IMG/VR virus record: IMGVR_UViG_3300049173_000036
Coordinates: 1 to 48,062 of that record
Strand: one strand, 5' to 3'
DNA length: 48,062 bases
Source of the DNA: a virus
Taxonomy: Duplodnaviria > Caudoviricetes
A model generated the notes under the pieces. The model was given only the letters and a program-made list of their open reading frames with translations. It did not search any database and had not been told where the DNA came from. The position numbers were made by a program, and so were the translations under genes. Below are positions 45,869 through 48,062 of this stretch, one piece after another. Numbering within the stretch: the stretch's first letter is position 1; each line of letters begins with the position of its first letter.

Positions 45869-46855
45869 ATGCAGCACGCCGCCCGCCGCAGCACTGCCGA
45901 CGACCTGCAGGTCGTCATTGACCACTGGACCCACATGCGCGACCTGATCGACACCTCGCAAGCCTCGGACACGTGGCCGCCCGCCATGGGCAAAAGCGAG
46001 TACCTGCACGACCTCGACCGCACCCGCCGCGAGTTCGAGCTCGCGATCGAGCACGCGCAGCACCTCATCACGAAGACCGACGAGCACGGCCGCCCGCAGT
46101 ACGAATGCGTTCACTGCGACTACGTCGGCGAGGGCGGGCCGCACACCCCGCGCACCGACCGCGACGGGCTCGCGCTCGGCGAGCGCCCGGTACCGCTGCG
46201 CCTGCACGTCGTCGACGCGTGCCGCGCTGTCGAGAACGCACTGTGCACGCTCGCCGACGAGGTCGCCGCCGCGGTGCAGCTCGCCCCCATGTCGCCGATG
46301 CGACCGGTCAAGCACGCCGGGTACGCCACGCTGCGCGAGGCGCAGGTCGCGGCCGCCGACCGCGCCCGCCGTGATCTGCTCGCGGCCGCGGACGCCGCGA
46401 GTCCGGCTCGCTGGTCGTTCAGGGGCGGTCGCAGCGCGGTGCGCGCCGCCGAGTGGCTGCTCGCCCGGATCGAGGGGCAGCCCGGCCCGTTCCTTCCGCT
46501 GCGCAGTCTGCACCGGGCGCACATCGCGGTCGTGGCGGCTGCGGCGGCGCGGCGGGTCGAGCGGACGATCGGCGGCAGCGTCGACCGGTATTCGGTGCCG
46601 ATGGATGAGCCGTGCCCGTACTGCGGCGGCCGGCTCACGATGCACGCGGGCGGCGGCGAGGACGACGCCGTCACGTGCTCGGGTCCGGACTGCGAGGCGC
46701 CGGTCGGCGTCGAGGGCGGCCGCCGCACGTGGTCGACGGCCGAGCAGCTCGCCGCCCTGCAGCGCGAGGTCGAGGCGGCGGCGCGGCGCCGGAAGCGTGC
46801 CGCGGATCGGGCGCGGCAGCGAGCAGCAGCTCGCGCTCGGCAGTCGGCCGCGTAG
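45869..46855 (+). CDS. Zn-ribbon protein, possible late-gene regulator
   Basis: SD AGGAG; CVHC, CPYCGG.L...CSGPDC...W; last gene of the early region. Function inferred from position only. Confidence 0.65.
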   Translation: MQHAARRSTADDLQVVIDHWTHMRDLIDTSQASDTWPPAMGKSEYLHDLDRTRREFELAIEHAQHLITKTDEHGRPQYECVHCDYVGEGGPHTPRTDRDGLALGERPVPLRLHVVDACRAVENALCTLADEVAAAVQLAPMSPMRPVKHAGYATLREAQVAAADRARRDLLAAADAASPARWSFRGGRSAVRAAEWLLARIEGQPGPFLPLRSLHRAHIAVVAAAAARRVERTIGGSVDRYSVPMDEPCPYCGGRLTMHAGGGEDDAVTCSGPDCEAPVGVEGGRRTWSTAEQLAALQREVEAAARRRKRAADRARQRAAARARQSAA

Positions 46856-46873
46856 CCGTACACCAGGACGCAA

Positions 46874-46904
46874 ACGACCCCGCCGTGATCCGCGGCGGGG
46901 TCGT
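46874..46904. terminator. Bidirectional terminator
   Basis: ACGACCCCGCCG-N7-CGGCGGGGTCGT between convergent genes. Confidence 0.75.
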
Positions 46905-46914
46905 CGTCGTTGGC

Positions 46915-47190
46915 TTACTGCTCGTCGTCGCCCTGCAGGTCGGTTCGGGCGCCGGGGCGCAGGTCGCGGTTATCCCAATAGGTGCGCACCTCGTCGAGAT
47001 CCCACTCGTCACGGGTGCTGCCGGGGCGGCGTCGAGCCGACGGGAAGTCGTCGTGCGTGCGACGCCAGTTGTGCAGCGCCTGCCGCGTTACGCCGAGTTC
47101 GGCCGCGAGAGTCGACATGTTCACGAGCCTCGGTTCCCCCTCGGCCGCATCCGTCGACTGCGGCTCTTCCCGCTCTGGCATGTCGCTCAT
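46915..47190 (-). CDS. AlpA/excisionase-like HTH protein
   Basis: LVNMSTLAAELGVTRQALHNWRR...FP...WDLDEV..YW. Confidence 0.82.
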   Translation of the reverse strand: MSDMPEREEPQSTDAAEGEPRLVNMSTLAAELGVTRQALHNWRRTHDDFPSARRRPGSTRDEWDLDEVRTYWDNRDLRPGARTDLQGDDEQ

Positions 47191-47198
47191 CCTGCCCT

Positions 47199-47235
47199 AA
47201 CCTCGTTGACACTGTAAAGCAGGTTCACGTACCGT
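47199..47235 (+). promoter_or_regulatory. Sigma70-type promoter with overlapping palindromic operator
   Basis: TTGACA (47206-47211)-N18-TACCGT (47230-47235); imperfect palindrome AACCTCGTTGACACTGTAAAGCAGGTT at 47199-47225. Confidence 0.65.
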
Positions 47236-47329
47236 CGAACCCGCACAACGGAATGCCCCGGCCGGCGCTGGCACGCCATACGGCCGGGGCGGACCGTGCC
47301 CGCAACCGTCACGAAGAGGGCTGATCCGC

Positions 47330-48062
47330 GTGGCCGATGGTAACGGCGAGCTCAATAGCTCGCCCACCAGCAAAGACCGACCCAAGTTCACCGAACTGCA
47401 GCGCCGCCTCGTCGCTGGCGTCGGGCTCGGCGCAGCCCTGATCGCCGTGATCGGATTCGTCGGCTCGTACGCTGCCGTTCGCCACCTCGCGGAAGCGAAG
47501 CATTTCGGGGCGTTCGCGATGATCTTTCCGGTCGGCGTCGACGCCGGGATTCTCGTGCTGCTCGCCCTCGATCTGCTGCTCACGTGGCTGCGCATGCCGC
47601 TCGGCATGCTGCGTCATACGGCATGGCTGCTGACCGCGGCGACGATTGCGTTCAACGGTGCGGCAGCGTGGCCCGACCCGATCGGCGTCGGCATGCACGC
47701 CGTGATCCCGATTCTGTTCGTGGTCGTCGTCGAGGCGGCACGGCACGCAATCGGGATCGCCGCGGATATCAGCGCCGCCAAGCACATGGAATCGGTACGG
47801 CTGTCACGGTGGCTGCTCGCCCCGGTCGGGACGTTCCGGCTGTGGCGGCGCATGAAGCTGTGGGAGCTGCGGTCGTACGACGAGGTGATCACCCTCGAAC
47901 AGCAGCGGCTGATCGAGCGGGCTCGGCTGCGCCGCCGGTATGGGTGGCGGTGGCGGTCGCAGGCACCCCTCGACGAGGTGCTCGCGCTGCGACTCACCCG
48001 CTACGGCCGCCCCCTCGCCCCGGTCGAGGGCGTGCTCGACGCCGCCCCCGCCCCGGCCGAGC
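47330..48062 (+). CDS. DUF2637/SpdB-like membrane protein, truncated by window end (not in ORF track)
   Basis: Manual translation: IGFVGSYAAVRHLA...FPVGVDAGILVLLALDL...TAWLLTAATIAFNGAAAWPD..GMHAVIPILF...RWLLAP..TFRLWRRMKLWELRSY; about four TM helices; SD GAGGG. Confidence 0.8.
   Translation, partial: MADGNGELNSSPTSKDRPKFTELQRRLVAGVGLGAALIAVIGFVGSYAAVRHLAEAKHFGAFAMIFPVGVDAGILVLLALDLLLTWLRMPLGMLRHTAWLLTAATIAFNGAAAWPDPIGVGMHAVIPILFVVVVEAARHAIGIAADISAAKHMESVRLSRWLLAPVGTFRLWRRMKLWELRSYDEVITLEQQRLIERARLRRRYGWRWRSQAPLDEVLALRLTRYGRPLAPVEGVLDAAPAPAE

Larger units (their letters stand above)
1..48062. mobile_element. Temperate siphovirus genome (probably Streptomyces), partial, non-integrated arrangement
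   Basis: Complete packaging-head-tail-lysis order followed by attP, integrase, repressor and early genes; many ATGA/GTGA gene overlaps; very high GC. Confidence 0.95.

Noticed and set aside
1-48062. Many long overlapping alternative-frame and antisense ORFs in the track (e.g. 4623-6128, 13001-14530, 28583-30214)
   Set aside because: Arg/Ala/Pro-rich shadows of real genes, expected in high-GC DNA with few stop codons; no motifs or SD sites.
1-48062. tRNA, rRNA, reverse transcriptase/DGR or IS elements
   Set aside because: No cloverleaf, RT, transposase or terminal-repeat signatures seen by eye; a tRNAscan/Rfam run would be needed to be sure.

Overview
High-GC temperate siphovirus of an actinomycete, most likely Streptomyces, covering most of a genome but cut inside a gene at the right end. 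Gene order: HNH, putative cos region, terminase, head, tail (with a GDPD-bearing tail protein), lysis cassette, an accessory block (XRE regulator operon, structured intergenic RNA, pirin), attP, large serine integrase, repressor/cro switch with a TTCC-N6-GGAA operator array, early recombination, DNA-modification and replication genes, and the start of a plasmid-type spread (DUF2637/Spd-like) module. The att site looks like an intact attP, so this appears to be the free or excised form. Top observation: the attP core (GTAGTGGTCGAC) is the reverse complement of the GC-preferred codons for the pirin motif V-D-H-Y. The phage carries its own full-length pirin next to attP, and exactly those codons are synonymously recoded (GCA TTT GTT GAT CAC TAT). 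I infer that the phage integrates into the host pirin gene and supplies an integration-proof replacement. All family assignments come from motif recognition and gene order; no searches were run and the host sequence is not in the window.
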